A stretch of 64,000 bases of DNA from Bacteroidales bacterium (GCA_012521995.1 JAAYLH010000119.1:2483-66482); one strand, 5' to 3'; shown: positions 1 to 8,454, counted from the stretch's first letter. Made by a program: numbers and translations. Notes: generated by a model from the sequence alone, not told the origin.

Positions 1-2447
1 AAGTTGTATCGTGCGTTGAGGTCAAACACCTGGTAAGAAGGCATCTGCCAGGCCTGGGTTCCGCGCTGGGCTTCGACGGTACGGTTCTCGACGTTGAAGT
101 CGGCATAGAGGCGATCGAAATGGGTGAAGTCGACCCCGAGGAAGACGCGGGGCAGGGCTTCCCAGTCGAAGCTCAGTCCGGCTGTGGTTTGGGCTGAGTT
201 GCCCACCCTCAGGCCTCCTGAGTAAACCTCGAAGGTGCCAATAAATTCCTGCTGTTCGTTGTAGATGTCGGCGATTACATCATCGGTCCACTGCCAGTCG
301 CCCAGGGAGGCCATCCCTTTTATTGTAAGCTTCGGGAAGGGGTTGGCCACCATGTCGATCTCTATGCCCTGGTGCAGGGCATTCAAGCCGGTGAGATTGG
401 CCAGCACGGTGCCGATGGTGCGGGTCAGGGCCTTGTCGATCCAATTGGTGCGATACAGGGTGAGGTTAGCCGAGAAGAAACGGCTGCGATAGCCATAGCC
501 CAGCTCGGCTGAGCGGACTTTCTCGTGCTTCACGCCCAGGTTGAATTCGTTGGTATAGCCTATGAATGCATAGCTGAAATAAGGAGCGCGGGTAAAATAC
601 CCCCCGTTGAGGAAGATGTTATGGGCATCGGAGATATTGTAGTTGGCACCTCCCTTGATGCTGTAGGCATTGAAGTTGAACCAGCCGGACTGGTTGTCCT
701 CAAGATCGCTTTGGCTGTAGAGGTCGGGATTTGTCTTGTAGATGAAGTAGTCGGTACGTCGATAGCCTGTATTGCTGAAGGTTCCCGAGAGGAAAGCCGA
801 GTATTTATCGGCCACATATTCTGCCTGGGCGAAGAGGCCACCCCAGCGTACCTCGCCCATGTCGTGATAGCTGATCATATCGCCTTCGCGCAGCAGGGTG
901 TTGGCAGGCCTGTTGATGTCGCGTGAGCTGCCATTTGAGTTGACGTCGAGGAAATATTCTCCGCCCAGGAGGTCTTCGATTTCGTAGAAGTGGTATCCTT
1001 TGTAATAGCGCAAGTCGACCCCACCTGTCAGTTTCAGGTTGTTGAAATCGTGATTTAGAGTTGACAGGACCCCATACCAGTCGTGCTGGTTGACGGCATT
1101 GGCGATGATTGCCTTGGAGCCTGCCTGGGAGGCTGCATTTTCGGCTATCACGGCATCGAAATCGAGGTATCCGTTGGGGGTGAGTTTTGTCATATCGTAA
1201 GGCAGGCCATCGACGGAATTAAACCTGAGCCAGTTGGCGTTGTCGCCAAAGGCGCGTCTGCCGCCGCCGGAGGATTTGGAGGCATAGGCCGATGTGGACA
1301 GGGTGGTGAGGTCGGTGACAGACCAGTAGTGGTTGAGGGAGACCTGGGGTTTGTGGTAGTAGTTGTAGGAAGCCGTGTAGGGCTGTCCGTTCATATAGCC
1401 CAAGGCGGGGTTGTAACGGCGGTAGTCGCGGTGTTCGCGGTAGGTCTGTATGAGCTGGCGGGGGTAGCGCTGGTTGTGGGTCTGGGGCGCCCCAAAGGCT
1501 GTCAAGGCCAGGGTATGGCGCTTGTTGAGCTGTTTGGAGACGTTGAGGAAATAAGACCAACCTTCGTAGTCAAGGCCTTTGACATAGCGTGATCCTGATC
1601 GATGGCCACCCGAGAATGTGGCAGCCCATCCGTTGTCGAGCAGGCCTGTAGAGATTGTCATGGTTTGCTGGCTATAGCCGTCGCTGCCCAGGGCGGTGGA
1701 GACTGATCCTCTGCGCTGTGCATCGGTGGAACGGGTGATGATGTTGATGGTGCCGCCCACCGAGCTGATGGCCAGGCGTGAGGCGCCCAGTCCGCGCTGT
1801 ACCTGCATGGTGCTTGTCACATCCGAGAGGCCGGCCCAGTTGGACCAGTAGACGCGTCCGTTTTCCATATCGTTGACGGGCACTCCATTGATGAGCACGC
1901 CGATGTTGTTGGAGTCGAAGCCCCTGAGGTTAATCCTCGAGTCGCCGTAGCCCCCGCCGTCCTTGGTGGCATAGACGCTGGGGGTAAGTTTCAGGATCTC
2001 GGGGAATTCCTGGGTGCCCAGGCGTTCGGTGATGATCTCGGCCGAGATGTTGGAGATGGCTACCGGGGTTTGGCGGTCGCGGGCAAAGGAAGAGATCACC
2101 ATCACCTCCTGCAGGCCGATTGTGCTTTCCTCGAGGGTGATGACCCCCAGGTTGGTATTTTGCCTGAGTTCCAGGCTGAGGGTTTTTTCTTCAAAGCCCA
2201 GGTAGGTGACCCTGAGGGAATAATCGCCTGCATCGGTGTTGATCTCAAACGAGCCATCCAGGGTGGTTGTAGTGCCCAGGGTTTTTCCGGTGGCGACATT
2301 GGTAAGCTCCACCAGGGCGGCAGGCAGAAACTCACCCTGGGGGTTTGCAACTTTCCCTTTGACGGAAATGCCAAAAACCTGCATCCCCGAAGCCAGGAAA
2401 AGCAATACGGCAAGGATCAGGTGGATCGTAAATCTGAATTTTCTCAT
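1..2447 (-). CDS. TonB-dependent receptor (N-terminal carboxypeptidase-regulatory-like domain, plug, barrel); C-terminus lies beyond the left window edge
   Basis: Absent from the ORF track because no stop falls inside the window. Hand translation from ATG (complement of 2445-2447) gives MRKFRFTIHLILAVLLFLASGMQVFGISVKGKVANPQGEF..., then plug motifs DSRINLRGF and NGVPVNDMENGRVYWSNWAGL. The frame stays open to position 3 and ends ...TQAWQMPSYQVFDLNARYNF. It lacks the GYG..K..tgsv signature of SusC/RagA-type receptors. Confidence 0.85.
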   Translation of the reverse strand, partial: MRKFRFTIHLILAVLLFLASGMQVFGISVKGKVANPQGEFLPAALVELTNVATGKTLGTTTTLDGSFEINTDAGDYSLRVTYLGFEEKTLSLELRQNTNLGVITLEESTIGLQEVMVISSFARDRQTPVAISNISAEIITERLGTQEFPEILKLTPSVYATKDGGGYGDSRINLRGFDSNNIGVLINGVPVNDMENGRVYWSNWAGLSDVTSTMQVQRGLGASRLAISSVGGTINIITRSTDAQRRGSVSTALGSDGYSQQTMTISTGLLDNGWAATFSGGHRSGSRYVKGLDYEGWSYFLNVSKQLNKRHTLALTAFGAPQTHNQRYPRQLIQTYREHRDYRRYNPALGYMNGQPYTASYNYYHKPQVSLNHYWSVTDLTTLSTSAYASKSSGGGRRAFGDNANWLRFNSVDGLPYDMTKLTPNGYLDFDAVIAENAASQAGSKAIIANAVNQHDWYGVLSTLNHDFNNLKLTGGVDLRYYKGYHFYEIEDLLGGEYFLDVNSNGSSRDINRPANTLLREGDMISYHDMGEVRWGGLFAQAEYVADKYSAFLSGTFSNTGYRRTDYFIYKTNPDLYSQSDLEDNQSGWFNFNAYSIKGGANYNISDAHNIFLNGGYFTRAPYFSYAFIGYTNEFNLGVKHEKVRSAELGYGYRSRFFSANLTLYRTNWIDKALTRTIGTVLANLTGLNALHQGIEIDMVANPFPKLTIKGMASLGDWQWTDDVIADIYNEQQEFIGTFEVYSGGLRVGNSAQTTAGLSFDWEALPRVFLGVDFTHFDRLYADFNVENRTVEAQRGTQAWQMPSYQVFDLNARYN

Positions 2448-2559
2448 AAGTTTTGCTTTGATGGATGAAAGAATCATTCAAAGAAGGAAAAAGGAAATGC
2501 CTCATGCGGATTTCCCCGAAAGGGGGCAATAGAGCATGAAGCATTTCCCGGACATAAGG

Positions 2560-4779
2560 TTATCGGTTCACCTGAAGTTTTTGAACCCGGTTTTGGGTAC
2601 CCGCAATGATCTGCACCATGTAGATGCCATTGTTGAGGCCCGAAGTATTCAGAATAATGCTGAAGTCGTCTACGCCCTGATCCATCAGCAAGCGGCCGCT
2701 GAGGTCGAACACCCTGATCTGATCAATGATTTCGGGGCTTTCAACGGTAAAAGTATATCCAGCAGGATTTGGGAAGAGGCGCATTTCCAGGGGTTGATTT
2801 TCTTCGATAGCAGTCGTGGGTTCCAGGAAGTCGGCCAGGGAGCGGGGCAGCAGGCGGGTGTCTTCGTAGCGCTGGGTCACCACGGCGATGATGTCCTTAT
2901 TGGTGGCAGGCACGTCGGTACCGAAATAGTCGAGGGCATCGGCAGCATTGGGGGTACGGATCTCGCCTTCGCCGCTGGCATCGGAGATATAGTATGAGAC
3001 GTTATGCAACCAGGTAGGTTCGTTTCCTTCATCGAAAGCCACATCGCGGACCACCACAAGCATGGCCTGATGGTCGACGGTAAGCTCGGCAAGGGTCAGC
3101 TCGAGGGGTTCGAGGGTATTTTCGGCAGAGGTAGCCGCACCGGGGTCTTCTGTGGGGATGATCTGCCACATGTCCTGGAAGGCGCTCAGGGTGCCTGTCA
3201 GGCCGGTGATTCCGTCGTAGTTATTATAAGCAGTCTCGATCATGCCGGCCGCATCGTCAATGAGGATGGCCCCGCTGGCGTCCTGGATGAACATTTGTCC
3301 GCGATAGGCGAGCTGTTGGTGGGTGATGATGACCTCGCCGGTGATGCGGTAAGGCTGGTCGCTGACACCCAGCTGGACGAAGGAGGCAATATCGGGCACT
3401 TCAATCACTGCAGGGGCTTGATCAATGCCCACTTCGTCCACCCACCAGTTGTGGGCGTTGTCGCCTTCATAAACGAAAGCGATAAAAATCACCTCTCCGG
3501 CATAGTCGGCCAGGTTGATCATTTTCTCGGTGTAAGCTGAGAGTGGAGCATTCGACTCGTACAGTTGGGTGAAGTCGCCATTTTCAGGCATCCCACTGCC
3601 GGTAGAGATCCATACGCCGCTATAACCGTAGTCGGGCATATACTGGTTGCGCTCGAGGAAAGACAGCAGCATGGCTTGTGATCCAGGTTCCAACTCAGGC
3701 AACTGGATCTGGGGGCTTACAAGCCAGCTCCTGGCCATTCCGGCCTGTACAAAGGGGTGATGGGCAGCGCCATCGCCGGCCACCCATTCCCCGTCCCCTT
3801 CCGGGTAAAAGGTAGCCCAGCCTTCGGGCAGGAAGGTGTCGAAGCTTTCCAGCCAGGGGAAGCTGGTGATGAGGTTGTCGTCAACGGCCACCAGCATCAC
3901 TTCCTGGGTAAAATCTTCTTCCAGCAGGACGACACCGCTCTGGGTCCAGTAACCATCGAGGGCTACGGAATAAGGATAGGCACCTCCCAGGAGGCCGGGG
4001 AAGGAATATTCGCCGGCATCATAGGACAGGCCTTCGAGGGTGATGACCGCGTCGGTGAGGGCATTGCCACTCTCATCCACCACCGTGAAATTCAGGTCAA
4101 AATAATCGAGGGAGATGAAATCATCGAGCGAGCGGGGCATGATCTGCATGTCAGCGTTAAACTGGTTTACGAGGGCGACGAGGTCGCGGTTGGTGGTGGG
4201 CACCGGGGTGCCGAAATAATCGAGTGCTGCATTGACGTTGGGGGTGCGAAGGATCCCTGAGCCGCTGGCGTCATTCACGGTATAGTTTGTGCTTGGCGCA
4301 AAGTTTGGGTTTGCAGGGGTTGCAAAGGAGACGTTTCTAACAATGATCAGCTGGGCCTGGTGGGCGGGGGTGATGTCGGCCAGCTCCAGTTCGAGGGGTA
4401 TCACCACATTACCCTGGCTAACGGCCGCACCCGGATCCAGGGTTGGAGTGAGCTGCAGGAGCTGGTTGTAGATGCTCAGAGTGCCTGTAAGGCCCTGGAT
4501 GCCATCATATTCTACGTATTGTGAGGTAATGATGCCAGCCGGGTCATCCACAACGATGGCAGCAGTTGCATCCTGGAAATATTTCTGGTTGCGGTTTCCG
4601 TTTTGGTGGGTGAGGATGACTTCACCCGTGATGACATAAACCGTTCCATCGGTGGCACCTGTTTCGCGAAGCGTTTCAAGATCAGGCACTTCCACCGGGT
4701 CCTGCGCCTGGATTGCCACCGGGAACAGCAGCATGGAAATAAGCAACAGGGCTGCAAAAATTTGTAAGGATTTCTTCAT
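2560..4779 (-). CDS. T9SS-secreted surface protein: two 193-aa OB-fold-like modules flanking an Ig/CarboxypepD_reg-like segment and a choice-of-anchor-J-like domain, with a type-A T9SS C-terminal sorting domain
   Basis: 739-aa ORF. Signal peptide MKKSLQIFAALLLISMLLFPVAIQAQ. C-terminus RLFPNPAGYTFTV...GIYMVQIIAGTQNRVQKLQVNR is a typical Por/T9SS CTD. Residues 29-221 and 459-651 align without gaps. Confidence 0.85.
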   Translation of the reverse strand: MKKSLQIFAALLLISMLLFPVAIQAQDPVEVPDLETLRETGATDGTVYVITGEVILTHQNGNRNQKYFQDATAAIVVDDPAGIITSQYVEYDGIQGLTGTLSIYNQLLQLTPTLDPGAAVSQGNVVIPLELELADITPAHQAQLIIVRNVSFATPANPNFAPSTNYTVNDASGSGILRTPNVNAALDYFGTPVPTTNRDLVALVNQFNADMQIMPRSLDDFISLDYFDLNFTVVDESGNALTDAVITLEGLSYDAGEYSFPGLLGGAYPYSVALDGYWTQSGVVLLEEDFTQEVMLVAVDDNLITSFPWLESFDTFLPEGWATFYPEGDGEWVAGDGAAHHPFVQAGMARSWLVSPQIQLPELEPGSQAMLLSFLERNQYMPDYGYSGVWISTGSGMPENGDFTQLYESNAPLSAYTEKMINLADYAGEVIFIAFVYEGDNAHNWWVDEVGIDQAPAVIEVPDIASFVQLGVSDQPYRITGEVIITHQQLAYRGQMFIQDASGAILIDDAAGMIETAYNNYDGITGLTGTLSAFQDMWQIIPTEDPGAATSAENTLEPLELTLAELTVDHQAMLVVVRDVAFDEGNEPTWLHNVSYYISDASGEGEIRTPNAADALDYFGTDVPATNKDIIAVVTQRYEDTRLLPRSLADFLEPTTAIEENQPLEMRLFPNPAGYTFTVESPEIIDQIRVFDLSGRLLMDQGVDDFSIILNTSGLNNGIYMVQIIAGTQNRVQKLQVNR

Positions 4780-4845
4780 AAGACTTCATTTTGAGGTGAA
4801 AAAAATATTGTTTTAGGAAGCGTTTTTTTTTAATTGGATTAATTT

Positions 4846-4853
4846 CAAAGGTA
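4846..4853 (-). promoter_or_regulatory. Bacteroidota -7 promoter motif TACCTTTG (TAnnTTTG) upstream of the 739-aa T9SS cargo gene
   Basis: Plus strand reads caaaggta, the complement of TACCTTTG, 67 nt upstream of the ATG at 4779. Confidence 0.4.
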
Positions 4854-4977
4854 TTCAATTGGGATGGGCTGAGGAGGAAATATTTTCAGTTTTTATTCAC
4901 AACTTATTCACTATTCTGATGAGCCGTTTGAACCAAACAAGGATTTTTTCGTTAATACGCAAACCAAAACTGCCGAT

Positions 4978-5301
4978 ATGACTCCTGAGACCTTGTCTGA
5001 GCTAAAAAACAATGAACCTGCCGTCATGCTGTATTTTCATAATGATGTCTGCGGGGTATGCAAGGTATTGTGGCCCAAGGTAGAGGCCCTGATGCGTGAA
5101 CGCTTCCCGCTCATAAAGGTAGTGCGCGTGGATGCCAACGAAAGCCGCGAGCTCGCGGGGCAGATTCAGATGATGAGCATTCCGGGCCTCCTGCTTTATA
5201 TGGATGGGCACGAATATTACCGCGGCAACGGGATGGTTTCCATGAGCCAGATGGAGGAGCAGATCGCCAGGCCTTACCACCTGATGTTCGACCAGGCATA
5301 G
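4978..5301 (+). CDS. Thioredoxin-family protein (CGVC active site)
   Basis: 107 aa. Has FHNDVCGVCKVLWPKVEAL and a thioredoxin-fold pattern with SIPGLLLY (cis-Pro region). Confidence 0.8.
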   Translation: MTPETLSELKNNEPAVMLYFHNDVCGVCKVLWPKVEALMRERFPLIKVVRVDANESRELAGQIQMMSIPGLLLYMDGHEYYRGNGMVSMSQMEEQIARPYHLMFDQA

Positions 5302-5513
5302 GCCTTCTCCTTGCCTGTTCACCCCCTACCCTTCTCAGGCATTTACGCCTGATTTTGAAGAATCGTTTTTATTGCGTCCAGGCCTGTTCCCGGAATACGG
5401 CTTGCCCTTGCTGAAAGCCATCGGAAAGCAGTGATATTTAATCCGGTTCTAGATATTATTTATTATTTTTTAAATTTTATTGATTTTTTATTTGATTTTA
5501 TTAATTTTTGTAT

Positions 5514-5521
5514 TACTTTTG
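5514..5521 (+). promoter_or_regulatory. TAnnTTTG -7 motif (TACTTTTG) at the end of a ~75-bp T-tract-rich region
   Basis: Sequence tattacttttg lies 27 nt before the TTG at 5548 and 54 nt before the GTG at 5575. Upstream, 5447-5512 is almost pure A/T with repeated ATTTTATTGATTTTT-like tracts. Confidence 0.45.
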
Positions 5522-5547
5522 AAGAGAGCAATTAAAGTTTTGAGCAG

Positions 5548-5874
5548 TTGCATAAATCCATTAAGGATATTGCCGTGAACAAAAAAATTCCCATTCAATG
5601 CCCATCCTGCAGCGGGCAGTTGCAGGTGCGCAGCCTGGAGTGTCCTGCCTGCCATACGCGGGTGGAGGGGCTATTCTCGCTGCCGCTGCTCACCAGCCTG
5701 AGCGAGGAGGATCAATTGTTTATCATTGAATTTGTGAAGAACAGCGGCAGCCTGAAAGAGATGTCGAAGCACCTGAAGCTGAGCTATCCCAGCATACGCA
5801 ACCGGCTGGATGACCTGATCGCCCATATTCATAAACTTCAAAGGGAGCAAAAAAATGAACTGGCGAAGAGATAA
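5548..5874 (+). CDS. DUF2089-family protein (zinc-ribbon plus HTH)
   Basis: CPSCSGQLQVRSLECPACHTRVEGLF, followed by EEDQLFIIEFVKNSGSLKEMSKHLKLSYPSIRNRLDDLI, matches the DUF2089 layout. Start is uncertain: TTG at 5548 in the track, while GTG at 5575 would give MNKKIPIQCPSC. Confidence 0.7.
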   Translation: MHKSIKDIAVNKKIPIQCPSCSGQLQVRSLECPACHTRVEGLFSLPLLTSLSEEDQLFIIEFVKNSGSLKEMSKHLKLSYPSIRNRLDDLIAHIHKLQREQKNELAKR

Positions 5875-6517
5875 GGCGATATGGTACAACCCCTTTGAGT
5901 ATCTGGCAGGGTACAAGGCCTTGCTGATCGGGCTCGGGTTGATGGTGCTGGCTTCGCTGGCGGGAACGCTAACCCAAATCTGGTTTCCGGGGGCGCTTGA
6001 CCTGAAGGTGGCCTACGAGGGCTCTTACGGGGTTCACCTGGTCACCAGTGTCCTGAGCTGGTTGATCGTGGTAGCGGTACTGTATCCCCTTGCCCGGGGG
6101 CTTTCGTCGTCGAAGATACGCCTGGTGGACATGGCAGGCACGCTGGCCCTGGCCCGTGCGCCACAGCTTGTAGCAGGGCTCTCGGGCATTGGGGGCCTCA
6201 GCAGTAAAGCCGTCAACAACTGGCTTTACCATATCACGGAAGAGCTGCAGGGTGCAATCCCGATGGATTTGCCGGGCAGGCTGAGCCCTGTTGAGATGCA
6301 GGGCTGGGAATGGTTCCTGGCGATAAACCTGCTGGGGCTTCAACTCCTCACAATCGTTTGGATGACCGCCCTGATGTATCACGCCTATCGCGTCAGCGCC
6401 AACCTGAAAGGCACCCGCGCCGGGGTCAGTTTTGTCGTTGGCATGCTCATAGCAGAGGCCCTTTCTGTCTTTGCCATACTTCGCCTGATTGTTCCCCTGC
6501 TTCAGGCAGGAAGCTGA
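5855..6517 (+). CDS. Polytopic membrane protein of unknown function, translationally coupled to the DUF2089 gene
   Basis: 220 aa with about 5 hydrophobic spans. The ATG at 5855 overlaps the DUF2089 stop (5872-5874) by 20 nt. Confidence 0.6.
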   Translation: MNWRRDKAIWYNPFEYLAGYKALLIGLGLMVLASLAGTLTQIWFPGALDLKVAYEGSYGVHLVTSVLSWLIVVAVLYPLARGLSSSKIRLVDMAGTLALARAPQLVAGLSGIGGLSSKAVNNWLYHITEELQGAIPMDLPGRLSPVEMQGWEWFLAINLLGLQLLTIVWMTALMYHAYRVSANLKGTRAGVSFVVGMLIAEALSVFAILRLIVPLLQAGS

Positions 6518-6550
6518 TTTTTCACTTTTCACCCACAAAACAAGAACCCA

Positions 6551-6766
6551 ATGGATATTCCCTTCAATGAACTCCTCCGCAGCATCCCCACCTGGGTCAT
6601 CGTGCTGTTTGTCTTCGACGTGATCATGAAACTCGTTGCCATGTATTGGGCTGCAAGGCGAAAACAACCGGTGTGGTACATCTGCCTGGCCATTTTCAAC
6701 ACCCTGGGCTTGCTGCCCATTGTTTACCTGCTTATACATCGCAGAAAGAGCCGGGTCATTTCGTAA
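6551..6766 (+). CDS. Small two-span membrane protein, DUF5652-like
   Basis: 71 aa. The pattern VIMKLVAMYWAARRKQPVWYICLAIFNTLGLLPIVYLL resembles the W..AAR....W...NT.G.L..Y signature as I recall it for DUF5652. Family assignment is from memory only. Confidence 0.55.
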   Translation: MDIPFNELLRSIPTWVIVLFVFDVIMKLVAMYWAARRKQPVWYICLAIFNTLGLLPIVYLLIHRRKSRVIS

Positions 6767-6789
6767 TTTTTTTCAAAAATCAATTACCC

Positions 6790-8127
6790 ATGAAAGCATG
6801 TTTCGCAATTCTTTTCACCATTTTGTTTGCTGCGCCAGCCCTTTCGCAGGAGCTTCAGACCGCGCCTCCCGATGTTTATGAGCAAGGCGCCAGCCAACTG
6901 CTTGCTGCGATGCAGGAAGGCACCGCAGACGACAACATGGAAATATTTACCGAAGAGCTGAAGGCAGCGCTAAGCAGCCTCAAGCTTCAGGACCTCTGGG
7001 CCCAGCTGCAGCAGCAGGTGGGATCCTTCAGGCAGATCAGCCGTTACCTCCACGAAGAGTCTGGCGAATACCACGTGGTGATGGCAGTGACCGAGTTCAG
7101 CAATATGGAGCTGGCCCTTCGGCTTGTTTATGACCCGTCGATGAAGATAGCAGGCTTGCAATTTGTCCAGGCTCCGCCCCTGACGTTCACCCCCGCCCCC
7201 GCATATGCTGACACGACGCGCTTCATTGAGACTGAACTGGCGATTGACTGCGGCGACATTCAGCTGCCGGCTTTGCTCGCCATGCCCCGCAGCGAATCTC
7301 TTGTGCCCCTGGTGGTGCTGGTGCATGGCAGCGGCCCCAATGACATTGATGAGACCATAGGCCCCAACAAACCCTTCAGGGACATAGCATGGGGTTTGGC
7401 CACACAGGGCATCGCGGTGCTGAGGTATGAGAAGCGCACCAAGAACAAGGTCACCTCCCTGGATATGAAAACCATGACCCCCTGGGAAGAGACCGGAATG
7501 GATGCGGTAAGCGCTGCAAAACAAGCAGCGGGCCTGGAGGGCGTTGACCCGCAAAGGATCTTTGTGCTGGGGCACAGCCTGGGGGGCATGATGGCGCCCG
7601 AAATTGCCAGGCAGTCGGGCAGCCTGGCAGGCATCATCCTCCTGGGCGGCAACAGCGGCAAGTTGTATGACATCATCATCAGACAGTATGAGCACCTGGC
7701 TGCCATCCAGGACCCTGACAACGCGCATGGCACCCGCGAGGAAACCGAGAAGATCCGCCAGAAAGCGGCCCTGATCCGTTCGGGAGCCCTCACCCCCGAC
7801 ACACCCCCTGAAGAGACCATTCTTAACACCCCGGCAAGCTACTGGCTGTATATCAAGGATTATAACCAGGCGGAGACCGCCCGCCAGCTCGACATCCCCA
7901 CCCTGATCCTGCAGGGCGAACGCGATTACCAGGTGGACATGCTGGAATACCAGGGCTGGCAGGAAGCCCTTGGGGGAAGACCTAAGGTTAGGATGAAAAG
8001 CTATCCCGGCCTGAATCACCTGTTCTTCCATGGCGAAGGCACGCCCAAGCCCGAAGAATACTATCAGCAAATGAACACCGATGTCCAGGTGATCATGGAT
8101 ATCTCCTCCTGGATCCAGGGCATTTAA
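6790..8127 (+). CDS. Secreted alpha/beta hydrolase (DUF3887-like N-terminal domain plus serine hydrolase fold)
   Basis: The track ORF starts at 6646, but the internal ATG at 6790 gives signal peptide MKACFAILFTILFAAPALSQ and removes the overlap with the upstream gene. Nucleophile elbow VLGHSLGG. Confidence 0.8.
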   Translation: MKACFAILFTILFAAPALSQELQTAPPDVYEQGASQLLAAMQEGTADDNMEIFTEELKAALSSLKLQDLWAQLQQQVGSFRQISRYLHEESGEYHVVMAVTEFSNMELALRLVYDPSMKIAGLQFVQAPPLTFTPAPAYADTTRFIETELAIDCGDIQLPALLAMPRSESLVPLVVLVHGSGPNDIDETIGPNKPFRDIAWGLATQGIAVLRYEKRTKNKVTSLDMKTMTPWEETGMDAVSAAKQAAGLEGVDPQRIFVLGHSLGGMMAPEIARQSGSLAGIILLGGNSGKLYDIIIRQYEHLAAIQDPDNAHGTREETEKIRQKAALIRSGALTPDTPPEETILNTPASYWLYIKDYNQAETARQLDIPTLILQGERDYQVDMLEYQGWQEALGGRPKVRMKSYPGLNHLFFHGEGTPKPEEYYQQMNTDVQVIMDISSWIQGI

Positions 8128-8147
8128 GAGAGACCACAGGAATCCGG

Positions 8148-8182
8148 GGCCGTCTCACCAACAGGAGGCGGCCTTCTCTTTT
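8148..8182 (+). terminator. Intrinsic terminator of the hydrolase gene
   Basis: ggccgtctc (8148-8156) pairs with gaggcggcc (8165-8173) with one G-U, followed by ttctctttt. Confidence 0.55.
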
Positions 8183-8333
8183 CCTTGCCCCGGCCCTGCT
8201 TCAAGCCATGATGTATTGCTTCCCTTTTGATGAAGGTCATAGGTTTAAACAGGCCCTTCCATTTTCCCTTTCTTTTTGAAACAGGCACACAAGGTTTCAT
8301 CCCGGGCCTAAGAAGACTCATTTCATGGCCCTG

Positions 8334-8454
8334 CTTCAGTCATACTTCAGACGTACCTTAGACGTACTTCAGACGTACCTTAGACGTACCTTAGACGTAC
8401 AAAATACGTTTAAAGTACGTTTCAGATCCGTTTTATGTACGTGTCTGTTACGTT
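8334..8454. repeat. Array of eleven contiguous 11-bp units with a phase-locked ACGT core
   Basis: Units from 8334: cttcagtcata, cttcagacgta, ccttagacgta, cttcagacgta, ccttagacgta, ccttagacgta, caaaatacgtt, taaagtacgtt, tcagatccgtt, ttatgtacgtg, tctgttacgtt. Confidence 0.85.

Noticed and set aside
6646-6789. 5' extension of the hydrolase ORF in the track (start at 6646), overlapping the DUF5652-like gene.
   Set aside because: The internal ATG at 6790 yields a clean signal peptide and removes a 120-nt overlap. The extension translates to non-protein-like sequence. The same reasoning was applied to 16697-16900, 21664-21744, 28077-28130, 37203-37310, 51041-51085, 53524-53568, 55876-55959 and 63243-63410.
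6970-8070. 366-aa minus-strand ORF antisense to the alpha/beta hydrolase. Similar long antisense ORFs occur at 14233-15213, 22516-23241, 24317-25396, 29517-30116, 37683-38237, 38473-39186, 39837-40733, 48334-49125, 56975-57799, 59296-59955, 60279-61055, 61393-62133 and 63350-63985.
   Set aside because: Each lies entirely inside a confidently recognised gene on the other strand. Their translations are low-complexity (G/A/V/H/R/L-rich) with no motifs, signal peptides or sensible termini. They are the shadow ORFs expected from codon bias.
8334-8454. Possible CRISPR array. The same question applies to the repeats at 58784-58816.
   Set aside because: The units are only 11 bp and directly abut one another with no spacers. 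No cas genes or leader are present. This is not a CRISPR architecture.
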